NCBI GenBank assembly: GCA_965219455.1
Contig: OZ244744.1
Coordinates: 4,416,001-4,480,000, forward strand
Direction: 5' to 3'
Source of the DNA: Candidatus Latescibacterota bacterium
GTDB taxonomy: Bacteria; Latescibacterota; UBA2968; GCA-2709665
DNA length: 64,000 nucleotides
Shown: in pieces, positions 19,830 to 30,970 of the stretch
How positions within the stretch are numbered: position 1 is the first letter of the stretch
Layout: each line of letters opens with the position of its first letter
Made by a program: the position numbers and the translations under genes
Notes under the pieces: model-generated
Told to the model about the DNA's origin: nothing
What the model saw: the letters and a program-made list of their open reading frames with translations, nothing else
Database searches by the model: none

Positions 19830-20808
19830 ATCGGCGTTTGAAATTTTGAATACCGCTGAAGATGGCTTCGGCCATTTCACTCTGAAACGTCCGTTTCTGC
19901 ATCTGACTTTCTTCGCCGGGGTTGGAGATAAAGCCCATTTCCACCAGTACCGAAGGCATGTGCCCCATCGTGCCTCTCATCACGTAGAAGTTGGCCTGCC
20001 GTACGCCGCGGTCGGGCAATGGCCTCAGGCTCTTGACGACGACGCGGCGAATTTCGGCCGCCAGATCCTGGCTTTCTTTCAGAAACTGCGTGGAAAGAAG
20101 GCCGAACTGGATACCTTCGATTTCATCCATGGCCGCCGATTCATCCTGTTCTTCCAGGCGAAGGACGGCGTTTTCCCGCCGTGCCACTTCGGCGGCTTCG
20201 TCAGTTTTGGCTTCAGAGAGAAAGTAGACCTCAAAACCGCGCGCCCGGCGACTCCTGCTCGCGTTGCAGTGAAGGCTGACAATGTCCTTTTCCCTCGTGC
20301 CGCGTTTGCCCAGGGCGCCCGGATCCCTGCCGCCGTGCCCGGGGTCTATAATGATGGTGTCGATCGTCCAGCGTTCGGGGTCGACTTTCGCCCGCGGTAC
20401 CGGTGTTCGTGGAATAGGCTGCCGTGTTTCGCGAACCGACGCTCGGACAGCCTGGACCGGTTTTTCAACCGGTGTAATCCGAGGATAACCGGGAAGGGTT
20501 CGCGCCAGCAACGGCAGAATCGCATCAGACGGCACGTATAGAGCCTCGCTGCCGTGGTATCGCGTTTCCAGCGGCAGTCTGTACCCGACGTCGTTTACGG
20601 TAACAACGGAGGAAAACGGGGTGAAGACAGTCAAATCGCCACCCTTCCGCAAGCCAATTTTCCCCTTCGATGGATAGGGATGGAGCCGGCCGCCCAATAT
20701 CTCGGCCAGGTCATCGAGTGACACGTACGCGTTCCCGCCTATTCTCGACGCGGGAATGAGTACGGCCGCGTCGGCGTTATCCGCGTTCGCGGAAGAATGG
20801 TGACACAT
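19804..20808 (-). CDS. N-acetylmuramoyl-L-alanine amidase (Amidase_3) with apparent in-frame internal deletion, possibly a pseudogene
   Basis: DPGHGGRDPGA, EKD, SLHCNA, LVEMGFISN; the segment normally between EKD and SxH is missing. Confidence 0.75.
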   Translation of the reverse strand: MCHHSSANADNADAAVLIPASRIGGNAYVSLDDLAEILGGRLHPYPSKGKIGLRKGGDLTVFTPFSSVVTVNDVGYRLPLETRYHGSEALYVPSDAILPLLARTLPGYPRITPVEKPVQAVRASVRETRQPIPRTPVPRAKVDPERWTIDTIIIDPGHGGRDPGALGKRGTREKDIVSLHCNASRSRRARGFEVYFLSEAKTDEAAEVARRENAVLRLEEQDESAAMDEIEGIQFGLLSTQFLKESQDLAAEIRRVVVKSLRPLPDRGVRQANFYVMRGTMGHMPSVLVEMGFISNPGEESQMQKRTFQSEMAEAIFSGIQNFKRRYERQLTQN

Positions 20809-21282
20809 CTAAACTCCGGATCCCGTTTGCCGTAGCTTGAGTTCTCGCCGCATTTCACGTTGAGCGTCGCGTTTGGCGATGTCGCGACGCCGGTCGTATT
20901 CGCGTTTGCCCTTGGCAAGAGCCAGTTCAACCTTGGCTCTGCCGCGTTTGAAATAGAGCTTCAGAGCAACAAGCGTAAGTCCCTTTTCTTCTGTTCGGAC
21001 CCTCAGCCGGTTAATTTCGTATCTGTGCAGCAACAGCCGGCGTTTGCGAACCGGATCATGATTGAAGCGGTTGGCCTCGGTGTATTCATCGATGTGGAGG
21101 TTGTGCAGGAAAACCTCATTGTTTTCCACACGGGCATAACAGTCTGCCATATTTGCGTTGCCAAGGCGCAGTGATTTAACCTCCGTGCCTTTGAGTTCGA
21201 CGCCGGCTTCGTAGGTGTCGACAAGAAAATAATCCCGCCTGGCTTTGCGGTTCTGAACAATGATTTTGATGTTCTCGGACAT
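20809..21282 (-). CDS. smpB: SsrA-binding protein
   Basis: NRKARRDY, EAGVELKGTEVKSLR, RRLLLHR, KGKREYDRR. Confidence 0.97.
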   Translation of the reverse strand: MSENIKIIVQNRKARRDYFLVDTYEAGVELKGTEVKSLRLGNANMADCYARVENNEVFLHNLHIDEYTEANRFNHDPVRKRRLLLHRYEINRLRVRTEEKGLTLVALKLYFKRGRAKVELALAKGKREYDRRRDIAKRDAQREMRRELKLRQTGSGV

Positions 21283-21502
21283 GACTTGAGTACGGCGGCG
21301 GACGAGGGTTCCCCTGAATCGTAGAACGCGTGGAAGCTTGGCAGTCGGTGATCCTGCATGGGCGGAGATACAGGCATTTGCCCCGATCCGGTACAGGATG
21401 CGGAATTTGTCCGGAGCCGAATTCCGGATACACGGCCGTCTTGCAGCTCGCCGGAAGACAAGCGCCGACATTTGGCCGAGGTTTCAGAACCAAACGAATC
21501 GG

Positions 21503-22363
21503 TTACTCCTGCAGCGGAGAATGCTTTAGGAGAATCCGAACCAGGCGATCGAGGGTGTCGACCTTTCGTGCATCCTTTTGATTTCGGTAGGCGGGACAGA
21601 GGTTTAACATCATGCGGGTGAGAATTTGCCGGTCGGATGATTGGCGCAGCATGGATGGCTCAAACTCCACGCCGAACCGGGAGAGATATTCCTTGCATTC
21701 ATTCGCCGTTAAGAGCTGACCCTTATTGCAGGGGTCGAAAAGGAACTCCATGCCGTCTGGTGTCTTGTACTTGGCAATAAAGTGAAAGGGCATCCCGACG
21801 CCGAGTATTGGCAGATCGAGCCTGCGGCCCAGAAAAATAAAGAGCGCCGATATGGAGATGGGCAGACCCGTCTTGCGTTCCAGAACCCGGTTCATGTAAC
21901 TGGCGGCAGGAACGATCGGTTCGTTTCTTTGCCCCCGGAATCCTTTTGTTTCGAAAAGGTAGTGGTTCAGGGTCTGGATAATTCTGAGCGGATGGTCGTC
22001 GGGGGCAATGGAGGGGGCCAGATCTTCGGCCATCTTGTTGAGCTGACTTCTGTAAAGTTGAATGTCGAGAGTCGGATATTCTAGCCTGGCCAGGGTAAAC
22101 GACGCTGTTTCCAGATCGATGTCGCCGGTAGGGCCCTCCTGTAGATCTCGGATCTGCGTTTCCAGCGGGGGTTCCTTGAGGCACAACAGGATCCGGCCCG
22201 CTTCCCGTTGCGCTGGCGAACCCCGCGGCGCGGCATCGAGGATCTTTCGGACAACCGGCTCGCCCATTGTGAACAGCTTGCCCCGCACGACGTCCACGAT
22301 ATCGGCGTCACGGTCGGCCAGAAGCGAGAGAATGGCCTGCACCTGTTTTACGCTTACATTCAT
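21503..22363 (-). CDS. SirB1 / transglutaminase-like protein
   Basis: [37 protein letters not shown]. Confidence 0.85.
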   Translation of the reverse strand: MNVSVKQVQAILSLLADRDADIVDVVRGKLFTMGEPVVRKILDAAPRGSPAQREAGRILLCLKEPPLETQIRDLQEGPTGDIDLETASFTLARLEYPTLDIQLYRSQLNKMAEDLAPSIAPDDHPLRIIQTLNHYLFETKGFRGQRNEPIVPAASYMNRVLERKTGLPISISALFIFLGRRLDLPILGVGMPFHFIAKYKTPDGMEFLFDPCNKGQLLTANECKEYLSRFGVEFEPSMLRQSSDRQILTRMMLNLCPAYRNQKDARKVDTLDRLVRILLKHSPLQE

Positions 22364-24240
22364 GCCGCGCCCCGCGCCCGGGCTCTAAGGATGACCATCA
22401 GGGCCGAGATGTCCGCAGGTGAAACACCCGGAATTCGAGAAGCCTGGCCCAGGGAGCGCGGGCGTACACGCGAAAGCTTTTCGGCGGCCTCACGGGAGAT
22501 GGCGGGAAGGTCCAGGTAATCGATATTTTCGGGAAGGCGCTTTCCTTCCAGATCCTGAAACCTGGCCACCTGCGCCTTCTGGCGTTGGATATAACCTTCG
22601 TATTTGAGTTCGACTTCAACGGATTGACATACATCTTGAGGTAGCGGTTCCGGAGGCGGCGCCACTTCCTGCACAAACCGGTAATCGAGTTGGGGTCTGC
22701 GCAACAGATCGATCAGAGGTGCGGACTGCGTGAGAGGGGACGTGCCCGCTTCGCGAAGGTACTCCTGAACCCGGCTTGAGGGCGTGATTTTTACCTTTCT
22801 CAGTCGGTTCTGTTCGGCGACGATCGCTGCCGCGCGCCGCTTGAATGACACGTAGGCGCCGTCTGAAATCAGCCCGATCCTGCGGCCGATTTCGGTCAGG
22901 CGCAGGTCGGCGTTGTCGTGCCGCAACAACAGACGGTATTCCGCCAATGCGGTAAACATCCGGTACGGCTCGTCGGTACCCTTCGTTGTGAGATCGTCAA
23001 TCAGTACGCCGATATAAGCCTGGGCGCGGTCCAGAATGAGCGCGTCCTCGTTCCGGACCTGCAATGCGGCATTGATGCCCGCAATCAGGCCCTGTCCAGC
23101 CGCTTCTTCGTAGCCCGTGGTGCCATTGATTTGTCCCGCGAAAAACAGGCCGCGGACCGGTTTGGTTTCCAGGGTGGGAAGGATCTGGGTTGGAGGCACA
23201 TAGTCGTATTCAACGGCATAACCTGGCCGCATGATTTCCGCGTTTTTAAGGCCGGGAACGCTGCGGACAACCTCGACCTGAACGTCTTCAGGCAGGCTCA
23301 TTGACAGACCGTTGAGGTAGACTTCGCGGGTGTGGTAGCCTTCCGGCTCCACAAAGAGCTGGTGCTTCTGCCTGTCTGCAAATTTGACGATCTTGTCTTC
23401 GATCGAAGGGCAATACCGTGGACCCACTGACTGGATACGGCCGCTGTACATTGCCGAACGGTCCAGGTTCCGACGAATGATCTCGTGGGTTTCCGGCGTG
23501 GTGTAGGTGATGTGGCAGTTGAGCTGTTCCTGTGTGATGGCCGCGGTGCGGTAGGAGAAGGGGCACGGTTGCTCGTCTCCTGGCTGGATATCCATCAGAC
23601 GGTAGTCGACGCTGCGGGAATTGATCCGCGGCGGCGTGCCTGTTTTCAACCTTCCCAGTTCAAACCCCAACCGCCGCAGGCCGCCGGATGCCCGTTCGGC
23701 GGATTGCTCGCCGGCGCGCCCTGCACTGTAAGACCGGTCACCCACGTGGATGAGGCCCCTGAGAAAAGTGCCGGTGGTCAGGATGACCGTCTGACCCGGG
23801 AAGATCGTACCGGATTTGGTGATGATGCCCCTGATTCGCCCGTCGTCAACCACCAGATCTTCGATCAGGCCCTGCTTGAGGTCCAGGTTCGGTTGGCTTT
23901 CAACGACATATTTCATGCGAAATTGATACGCTTTTTTGTCGGCCTGTGCCCGGAGGGCTTGCACTGCCGGACCCTTGCTCCGGTTGAGCAGACGGAATTG
24001 CAGTCCCGTTGCATCGATGTTCTGCGCCATTTCGCCGCCCAACGCATCAATTTCGCGGACCATGTGGCCTTTGGCAATGCCGCCCACCGCGGGATTGCAG
24101 GACATCTGGGCGACCGTGTCCAGATTCATCGTCAGCAGCAGGGTCTTGCACCCCATGCGGGCGCCCGCAAGGGCGGCCTCGGCTCCAGCGTGCCCAGCGC
24201 CCACAACAATGATATCGTAGTGTTTATCGTAGGTCCACAT
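22360..24240 (-). CDS. mnmG: tRNA uridine-5-carboxymethylaminomethyl modification enzyme
   Basis: [45 protein letters not shown]. Confidence 0.98.
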   Translation of the reverse strand: MWTYDKHYDIIVVGAGHAGAEAALAGARMGCKTLLLTMNLDTVAQMSCNPAVGGIAKGHMVREIDALGGEMAQNIDATGLQFRLLNRSKGPAVQALRAQADKKAYQFRMKYVVESQPNLDLKQGLIEDLVVDDGRIRGIITKSGTIFPGQTVILTTGTFLRGLIHVGDRSYSAGRAGEQSAERASGGLRRLGFELGRLKTGTPPRINSRSVDYRLMDIQPGDEQPCPFSYRTAAITQEQLNCHITYTTPETHEIIRRNLDRSAMYSGRIQSVGPRYCPSIEDKIVKFADRQKHQLFVEPEGYHTREVYLNGLSMSLPEDVQVEVVRSVPGLKNAEIMRPGYAVEYDYVPPTQILPTLETKPVRGLFFAGQINGTTGYEEAAGQGLIAGINAALQVRNEDALILDRAQAYIGVLIDDLTTKGTDEPYRMFTALAEYRLLLRHDNADLRLTEIGRRIGLISDGAYVSFKRRAAAIVAEQNRLRKVKITPSSRVQEYLREAGTSPLTQSAPLIDLLRRPQLDYRFVQEVAPPPEPLPQDVCQSVEVELKYEGYIQRQKAQVARFQDLEGKRLPENIDYLDLPAISREAAEKLSRVRPRSLGQASRIPGVSPADISALMVILRARARGAA

Positions 24241-24260
24241 AGGTTGAGAAAGGTGTCGCG

Positions 24261-25274
24261 TCAGTCGCTTACAAGCACACTTGATCTGTCCTCTGTTTTC
24301 CTCTTCTCTTCGACTTCAAATCCCATATCCTCGATCAGACGATGGGTTTCCGAAGTGGATTGCCCCCCGGTAGTCAGATAGCCTTCCATAAAGACGGAGT
24401 TCGCCGGATAGAGGGCCAGGGCCTGAAGGGATCGGAGCGTGTGTTCCCGCCCACCCGCGATACGGATTTCTTTATTCGGGTTGACAAAGCGGAACAGGCA
24501 AAGGGCCTTCAGGCCATCCTGCGGCGTCATCGGTCTACGCCCGGCGAGGGGCGTGCCTTCTACGGGATGTAGAAAGTTGACCGGGATCGAATCGATGTCG
24601 AGTTCCCGGACGGCCACGGCCAGGTCGACGATGTCCTGCCGGGATTCTCCCATGCCGATGATTCCCCCGCAACAGGTCTCGAGACCGGCGGCCTTGACGG
24701 CCTTAATGGTATTCAACCGGTCCGAATAGGTGTGGGTGGTACAGATGTTACCATGGTGCCGGGCGCTGGTGTTGAGGTTGTGATTGATCCGGTCGACACC
24801 GGCTGCTTTCAACGTTCTGGCCCGCGCTTCGTCCAGCAGCCCCATGCAGCAGCAAATGTCGATATCGACGTCTTGTTTGACTTCACGCACGATATCGGCA
24901 ACGGTTTCCACTTCTCTGGCGGTGGGTCCTCTTCCGCTGGTGACGATGCAATAGCGCAGAGCCCTTCCCGCCTTGGCCTTTCTGGCGCCGTCGAGGATTT
25001 GTTCACGTGGCAACAGCGGATATTTGCTGATGTCAGCGGTGGACACGGCAGATTGGGAACAGTAGGCGCAATCTTCCGGACACAGTCCGCTCTTGGCATT
25101 CTGCAACACGTGCAGGCGCACCTTGTTTCCAAAATAACGGTGGCGAACCCGATAGGCCGCGTGGATCAGCTGGAGCAGGTCGTCGTTCGGCGTATCGAGA
25201 ACCGCCAGCATTTCCTGTTCGGTTAAGCATTTGTTTTGCAGCGCTTTGTGTTTAAGGATCGAGTAGTCCTTCAT
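24261..25274 (-). CDS. bioB: Biotin synthase
   Basis: [11 protein letters not shown] radical SAM motif, NHNLNT, SIPVN, RIAGGRE. Confidence 0.96.
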   Translation of the reverse strand: MKDYSILKHKALQNKCLTEQEMLAVLDTPNDDLLQLIHAAYRVRHRYFGNKVRLHVLQNAKSGLCPEDCAYCSQSAVSTADISKYPLLPREQILDGARKAKAGRALRYCIVTSGRGPTAREVETVADIVREVKQDVDIDICCCMGLLDEARARTLKAAGVDRINHNLNTSARHHGNICTTHTYSDRLNTIKAVKAAGLETCCGGIIGMGESRQDIVDLAVAVRELDIDSIPVNFLHPVEGTPLAGRRPMTPQDGLKALCLFRFVNPNKEIRIAGGREHTLRSLQALALYPANSVFMEGYLTTGGQSTSETHRLIEDMGFEVEEKRKTEDRSSVLVSD

Positions 25275-25316
25275 TCGAAATCAAGCTCCCACTGGAGTGA
25301 TGTCGGTGTCACCACA

Positions 25317-25838
25317 TTACCGGTAGATGGCGAGGCCCAGAACCGCCGTACCGACGATCGCGACGGCCGGATGAAGGTTCAGGAAATGGATGGCGACAAA
25401 AGCCGCCAGGGCGATCAGGCCCGTGTGCCATGAAGTCACTGACTTGGGCGCCATTTGCCAGACCACCACGAGAAGGAGGCCGACAACCGCCGGCCGAACG
25501 GCTTTGAGCATTGCCTGGACGGCTGGCGCGCCCTTATACGCCATGAAGAACAGGCCCAGAGTCATCATCAGGATGAGGGAGGGAAAGACCGTGCCCAGAA
25601 GGGCGACGATCAGGCCCGGGGTCTGTGCGACCTGGTAACCGATGTAGGCGGCCATTTTTGTGGCAATAGGACCGGGAAGGGCATAACCCATCGCGAGAGC
25701 GTCGGTAAACTCCTCGATGGTCATCCAGCCGTGTACGTCAACGACTTCCTCCTGGACCAGCGGGATCATGGATGGCCCGCCCCCGTAAGCGAATATGCCC
25801 ACCTTTGTAAATGAGATAAATAGCTTGATGAGTTCCAC
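25317..25838 (-). CDS. Chromate transporter (monodomain ChrA)
   Basis: FAYGGG, LPGPIA motifs; GTG start with GGAGG RBS. Confidence 0.88.
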   Translation of the reverse strand: MELIKLFISFTKVGIFAYGGGPSMIPLVQEEVVDVHGWMTIEEFTDALAMGYALPGPIATKMAAYIGYQVAQTPGLIVALLGTVFPSLILMMTLGLFFMAYKGAPAVQAMLKAVRPAVVGLLLVVVWQMAPKSVTSWHTGLIALAAFVAIHFLNLHPAVAIVGTAVLGLAIYR

Positions 25839-26393
25839 AACCGCCTCCCGGAGCGGATAGGGCAGATAAGAGATTGAGCCTGAAACGGCATGGAATATAG
25901 CATATCGCCCATATTCGCACAAGGCAATTTCAGGACAATTTCGCCCCGGCGGTCGGCCGTCGACGCGAAACGATTGCAGCGGAATATGTATCCGTGCAGG
26001 GTTCAAAAGCACCTCTTCGAACGCTGTATCGATGGGGATTCCGGCAGACTGCAGGTTCCAAGCGCCGAAAAAAACACCGTGTTGCGAGAGGTGGAAGAAG
26101 CTTTTGCCTGGGATCGCGATCTGAGACTCGGTCAATTCGGCAGAATATGGAATCCGGCCGGCGAAAGCCGAGATTTAATGGCATATTTTCGCAGAGTTTT
26201 TTTACATTATATACTGTGGATCCGGCGTTCGAATTGGGCAATGTCCGCACGAGACCATTTGGCGGCAGTGGAACGGAGCGGAGTGGAATTTCACATTGTC
26301 GTGCGGCCATGGCGCGGCCATCATTTGGCGCCGTGTCGAAATGCAACCCCTCCAACGGCGAGGAACGCGACCCACGGGCGCATTGTCGCGGCC

Positions 26394-26422
26394 TTGACAA
26401 GCTCCGGGCTTTTTCCTATACT
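26394..26422 (+). promoter_or_regulatory. Sigma70-type promoter of the TPR-efp-accB-accC cluster
   Basis: TTGACA, 17 nt spacer, TATACT. Confidence 0.8.
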
Positions 26423-26434
26423 TCCCTCCGGTTT

Positions 26435-26545
26435 AGTGTTCTGTCCCGGAAATAGATTGCCGAAATTCGGCCGCCGAGTCGCCCGGCTGGCAAGGTGTCT
26501 GAGCGAGGCGGGATGAATGGTAACCTATTTCTGGGATGGGACACT
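26435..26545. mobile_element. MITE family B copy
   Basis: TIRs agtgttctgtcccggaaatag / ctatttctgggatgggacact; homologous to 691-842. Confidence 0.85.
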
Positions 26546-26563
26546 GGACGGGGTGGAGAGACG

Positions 26564-27316
26564 ATGCAGTCGACATCTCTTGCAAAGCTTGAGAGAATCT
26601 GCAGCAGGAATCCTACGTCTATCCTGTTTGCGCGATTCGCCGATGAGATGCTGCGATCGGGCAACGTCGACAGGGCAACGGAGATCTGTCGGAAGGGCCT
26701 CAGATATCGCCCATTTTACCCGACCGGCCATCTCGTCATGGGCAGATGCCACATCGCGGCCGGCCGGTTGGAAGAGGCCCGCCAGGCGTTTCACGACACG
26801 CTTGCGCTGGACCACGACAATCCGGCGGCCTACTGGCTGCTCGGCAAGATCGAAAGAAGGATGGGCTTCGAGGAACAGGCGCTGCAGTTTTTCGGGTGTG
26901 CCCGCACGGTCGATCCATTGAGCCGGGTGCTGGTTTCCGAGATGGGCGACGTTGCCCAGGCGGAAGACGAACCGGCCTCCGAATCCGGGTCCGGCGATAA
27001 GCCGGAGCCCCTGGCGTCTGATGAAACCTCCTCAATAGACGATGCCCGGGCGGAACCTAAGGATATTTCCCTTCTGCTTAGGGACCTTCCGGACCAACGT
27101 AGCACTCGCAAGGATGCGGCCGCGATTTCCGAATCCGACTCCGGAATTGCGCCAATTGCAACCTCGACCCTTGCCGAGCTGTACGTGGCGCAAGGACTGA
27201 TAGAGGAAGCGGTGGCTGTCCTGGCGCAGGTCTGCGAACGTGAACCCGAGAATGAGCCGTTGAAAAAGCGGTTAAACGAAATTCAGCACATGGATGGAAT
27301 GTGCGCGGAAGGATAA
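26564..27316 (+). CDS. Tetratricopeptide repeat protein
   Basis: N-terminal TPRs, acidic linker, C-terminal TxTLAELYxxQG TPR. Confidence 0.85.
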   Translation: MQSTSLAKLERICSRNPTSILFARFADEMLRSGNVDRATEICRKGLRYRPFYPTGHLVMGRCHIAAGRLEEARQAFHDTLALDHDNPAAYWLLGKIERRMGFEEQALQFFGCARTVDPLSRVLVSEMGDVAQAEDEPASESGSGDKPEPLASDETSSIDDARAEPKDISLLLRDLPDQRSTRKDAAAISESDSGIAPIATSTLAELYVAQGLIEEAVAVLAQVCEREPENEPLKKRLNEIQHMDGMCAEG

Positions 27317-27325
27317 TTCCGAACG

Positions 27326-27883
27326 ATGGTTTCGACGTCTGAGTTCAGAAATGGTATGGTGTTGCGCCTGGACGGCGATCTCTACTTTATGGTAGAATTC
27401 GAGCACTTTAAACCCGGCAAAGGCGCGGCCGTCGTGCGTACCCGTCTCAAAGGTGTAAAGACGGGCGCAATGATAGACCGGACGTTCCGTTCCGGCGACA
27501 AGGTGGACGATGTTCGGCTGGAACGGCGGAAGATGCAATTCCTTTACAAGTCCGGCGATTTGTACTGTTTTATGGATAATGAGACATACGATCAGTATGA
27601 ACTGTCTCCGGAGGTGATGGGAAACGCGGTCAAGTATTTGAAAGAGAACGAGATTCTGGAAATCCTGGTCGCTGAGCAAAACGCCGTGAGCGTGGCGTTG
27701 CCAATTTTTGTCGAACTGGCGGTAACGGAGACGGATCCCGGGCTGCGGGGAGACACCGCCAGTGGCGGAAGCAAACCGGCGGTGGTGGAAACAGGAGCTT
27801 CGGTCCAGGTGCCTCTTTTTGTAGAACGTGGCGACGTTTTAAAAATAGATACGCGAACGGAAACGTACGTAGAACGAATCTGA
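27326..27883 (+). CDS. efp: Elongation factor P
   Basis: KPGKG, PGLRGDT, VPLFV. Confidence 0.97.
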   Translation: MVSTSEFRNGMVLRLDGDLYFMVEFEHFKPGKGAAVVRTRLKGVKTGAMIDRTFRSGDKVDDVRLERRKMQFLYKSGDLYCFMDNETYDQYELSPEVMGNAVKYLKENEILEILVAEQNAVSVALPIFVELAVTETDPGLRGDTASGGSKPAVVETGASVQVPLFVERGDVLKIDTRTETYVERI

Positions 27884-27974
27884 TTGAGAATCGTCGGGAA
27901 TCGGGCTCGGGGGCAATTCGGAAGGCACGCCCCGGTCCCTTACTACCGGTCGTCGTTTTTCCGAAGGAGCGCGC

Positions 27975-28448
27975 GTGAAACTCTCCAAAAACATAGTGGA
28001 GACCCTTCAGCAGCTGATCGAGCTGGTCGGCGAAGACCAGGTCCGGGAGATTGAAATCGAGCGCGGCATTCTGGGGCTTCGAAAAATACGTGTCGCCGCC
28101 GGCATCGATGCAGCCGCGGTTCATCCGGTCGCTCAGGTTCACACCGCTTCGCAGCCGGCCAATGCCGACGAAACGCCCGCTACCACCGAACCGGACGAGA
28201 CAGAAGGCTTGCACAGCGTTTATTCGCCCATGGTAGGCATGTTCTATCGTGCGCCGAACCCGGAGTCGCCGCCCTTTGCGGAGGAGGGGGATGTCGTGTC
28301 AGTCGGACAGACCCTGTGCATAATCGAAGCCATGAAAATCATGAACGAAATCGAAGCGGATGCAAAGGGTCGGGTGGTTCGAGTCCTTGTTGAGAATGGC
28401 AATCCGGTCGAGTACAATACACCTCTTTTCCTCATAGAACCGCTATAA
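27975..28448 (+). CDS. accB: Acetyl-CoA carboxylase biotin carboxyl carrier protein
   Basis: SPMVG, EAMKIMN biotinylation motif. Confidence 0.95.
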   Translation: MKLSKNIVETLQQLIELVGEDQVREIEIERGILGLRKIRVAAGIDAAAVHPVAQVHTASQPANADETPATTEPDETEGLHSVYSPMVGMFYRAPNPESPPFAEEGDVVSVGQTLCIIEAMKIMNEIEADAKGRVVRVLVENGNPVEYNTPLFLIEPL

Positions 28449-28610
28449 GAAGCTGTTTTGAAATTCCCGGTGAGTTCCAGAGCGCGAGCGAAAAAGTGGC
28501 GGTCAAGGCGGGAGAATTCGCCCATATTTACAGATATGGGTGGATTTGACCAACGCCGACCGGCGCTTTTGCAGCCGCGCGAAGACCGCCGGGGATTTTA
28601 AAACAGCTTC
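28449..28610. mobile_element. MITE family C with TAA target duplication
   Basis: TIRs gaagctgttttgaaattcccgg / ccggggattttaaaacagcttc flanked by TAA on both sides; the left TAA is the accB stop. Confidence 0.85.
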
Positions 28611-28666
28611 TAAGGCGCTTCTTTCACCCGTGCGGCGGTTCCGGCCGCCGTCCCACCGAATCAGTC

Positions 28667-30025
28667 GTGTCATCCACTCCCTTATTCAATAAAATTCTTG
28701 TTGCCGACCGGGGCGAAATCGCCGTGCGTGTCATCCGGGCATGCAAGGAACTTGGCATCCGGACAATCGCGGTGCATTCTGAAGCCGATGCCAATTCGCT
28801 GCATATCGGTGTTGCCGACGAGGATGTCTGCATCGGGCCGCCTCCCGGAGACCAGAGCTATCGGAACATCCCGCGTATTCTGAGTGCCGCGGAAGTGACC
28901 AACGCCGATGCAATTCACCCCGGGTACGGTCCATTGGCCGAGAATGCGGATTTTGCCGAGATGTGCGCTTCCTGCGGCATCGTGTTTATTGGACCATCGC
29001 CGGAAGCCATTCGCAGGATGGGTGACAAGGCCGTCGCGCGGGAAACGATGCTGGCGGCGGACGTGCCGGTAACGCCGGGCACGGGGGTATTGCACACCCT
29101 TAATGACGCGGAACGGGCCGCCGAAGAGATCGGTTACCCGATTCGTCTGAAAGCCGTTGCCGGCGGGGGCGGCAGAGGCATGCGCACCGTGAAATCGGCG
29201 GAGGGCCTGGAGCGGGCCTGGAATGCGGCGCAGGCCGAGGCGTCCGCCGCGTTTACGTCGGGCACGCTTTATCTGGAAAAGGAAGTCTTGGCGCCCCGGC
29301 ACGTAGAAATTCAGGTTATGGGCGACCAGGCCGGTAACATCGTGCATCTGGGTGAGCGTGAGTGTTCCATCCAGCGGCGTCATCAGAAGCTGATCGAGGA
29401 GTCTCCATCGCCAGTGGTCGACGAGGACCTGCGCAGGCGGATGGGTAAACAAGCGGTTGCGGGGGCCAGAGCGGTGGATTATTCCGGCGCCGGAACCGTG
29501 GAATTCCTGCTCGATGCATCGGGAACCTTTTATTTTCTTGAAATGAACACCCGCATTCAGGTCGAGCATCCGGTCACGGAGATGGTGACGGGAATCGACC
29601 TGGTGAAGACGCAGATCCGGGTTGCTGCGGGGGAAACGCTTCCGTTTGCTCAGGCAGACGTACAGCCGGCGGGGCACGCCATCGAATGCCGCATCAACGC
29701 GGAGGATCCCGACCACAACTTCCGTCCGTCCGCGGGGTTAATCAGCACTTTCCATGCACCGGGCGGCCCGGGTATCCGCATCGATTCTCATGCATATGCC
29801 GGCTATCGTGTCCCCTCCTACTACGATTCGCTCCTTGCCAAGTTGCTGGCGTATGGAGACACCCGTGAGGAAGCAACGGCGCGTATGGTGCGTGCACTCG
29901 AGGAATTCGTGATCGAGGGAATCCCTACAACCATTCCATTTCATCTCAACGCGATGCGGCATTCCGATTTTCACCAGGGTCGGATCGACACGGAATTCGT
30001 GGCCAGGTTGGGGTATGGAGGTTAG
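28667..30025 (+). CDS. accC: Biotin carboxylase
   Basis: [34 protein letters not shown]. Confidence 0.96.
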   Translation: MSSTPLFNKILVADRGEIAVRVIRACKELGIRTIAVHSEADANSLHIGVADEDVCIGPPPGDQSYRNIPRILSAAEVTNADAIHPGYGPLAENADFAEMCASCGIVFIGPSPEAIRRMGDKAVARETMLAADVPVTPGTGVLHTLNDAERAAEEIGYPIRLKAVAGGGGRGMRTVKSAEGLERAWNAAQAEASAAFTSGTLYLEKEVLAPRHVEIQVMGDQAGNIVHLGERECSIQRRHQKLIEESPSPVVDEDLRRRMGKQAVAGARAVDYSGAGTVEFLLDASGTFYFLEMNTRIQVEHPVTEMVTGIDLVKTQIRVAAGETLPFAQADVQPAGHAIECRINAEDPDHNFRPSAGLISTFHAPGGPGIRIDSHAYAGYRVPSYYDSLLAKLLAYGDTREEATARMVRALEEFVIEGIPTTIPFHLNAMRHSDFHQGRIDTEFVARLGYGG

Positions 30026-30185
30026 CAGCCCGTTGAAAAAGTCCATCCGGGCTACGGCCGGCTCTTGTGGCCGAATTACTGCGTTGCGCTCCCTTCCCGA
30101 ATCCCCCGATTCGGCTCGGTCGCGCGCCTTGTCTTCGGTCACAATGGCTCGGCTTCGCCTACAGAGCAACTTTTCCAACGGACTG
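30026..30185. mobile_element. MITE family A with TTAG target duplication
   Basis: TIRs cagcccgttgaaaaagt / acttttccaacggactg flanked by TTAG; the left TTAG holds the accC stop. Confidence 0.85.
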
Positions 30186-30289
30186 TTAGGCCTCGACCCG
30201 ACCCCGCATATATAGGATAACACGAGTCGGGAAGACATAACGACCCACGCGGAATATATCACTTTCTTTACATTCGGGAGCCATCAACC

Positions 30290-30676
30290 ATGTCGGAGAT
30301 TCCGGAAGGCCTCCTGTACACGTCAGAGCACGAGTGGATTCGTGTCGAGGGCGATCGGGGCACGATTGGCATCACAGACTATGCGCAAGGCGAGTTGGGC
30401 GATGTCGTTTTTGCCGAATTGCCGCAACCGGGAGATCAGTTCGAGCAGGGCCAGGCCTTAGGGACGATCGAGGCGGTGAAGACGGTGGAGGACCTTTACG
30501 CGCCGGTGTCGGGCGAAGTGCTCGAGGTTCACGACGAACTCGGCGAGGATGCGGCTCCGATCAACTCAGATCCATATGGTGAAGGCTGGATGATCGTGGT
30601 TCGGATGACCTGTAGTGACGAACTCGAATCGCTTCTCAGCCCGCAGGCCTATGGCGAGCTTATCGAGGAGCGTTAG
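30290..30676 (+). CDS. gcvH: Glycine cleavage system H protein
   Basis: HEW, GITDYAQ, IEAVK lipoyl-Lys, DPYGEGW. Confidence 0.96.
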   Translation: MSEIPEGLLYTSEHEWIRVEGDRGTIGITDYAQGELGDVVFAELPQPGDQFEQGQALGTIEAVKTVEDLYAPVSGEVLEVHDELGEDAAPINSDPYGEGWMIVVRMTCSDELESLLSPQAYGELIEER

Positions 30677-30805
30677 CAGCCGACGATGTCCACTGATACA
30701 TCACCGACAGGGCTCGACGACCTGGGTTTTCAGGACCGGCCCACCGGGTGCCGACCCGGGTCGGACCTGCACACGCGGTTTTAACTTTCGGCGCGTGGTA
30801 AGCGC

Positions 30806-30834
30806 TTGACTTCGTTTTATAAAGGCTTTATTTT
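30806..30834 (+). promoter_or_regulatory. Putative sigma70 promoter
   Basis: TTGACT, 17 nt spacer, TATTTT upstream of the HNH gene. Confidence 0.5.
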
Positions 30835-30970
30835 TTTTCTCTTAAGAGATATTCGGCGCGCATGGCCGGTCTTCTGACGACGACAGAAGGACCGGGTCAT
30901 TTGCAATGCGGGTCGACCGCTTCAGCGACGTTCAATCTTCTTTGCCCCGGGCTGTTGCAAAAGGGGGTGG

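Noticed and set aside
20809-21500. tmRNA (ssrA) next to smpB
   Set aside because: No tRNA-like ends or tag frame seen here or elsewhere in the window
25850-26390. Possible ncRNA or long ORFs between chrA and the TPR promoter
   Set aside because: Only one small GNRA hairpin (cggc-gaaa-gccg); the ORFs lack motifs; probably a divergent promoter region
30190-30289. Glycine riboswitch before gcvH
   Set aside because: Lacks the GGAGA, CCGAAG and CTCAGG aptamer motifs
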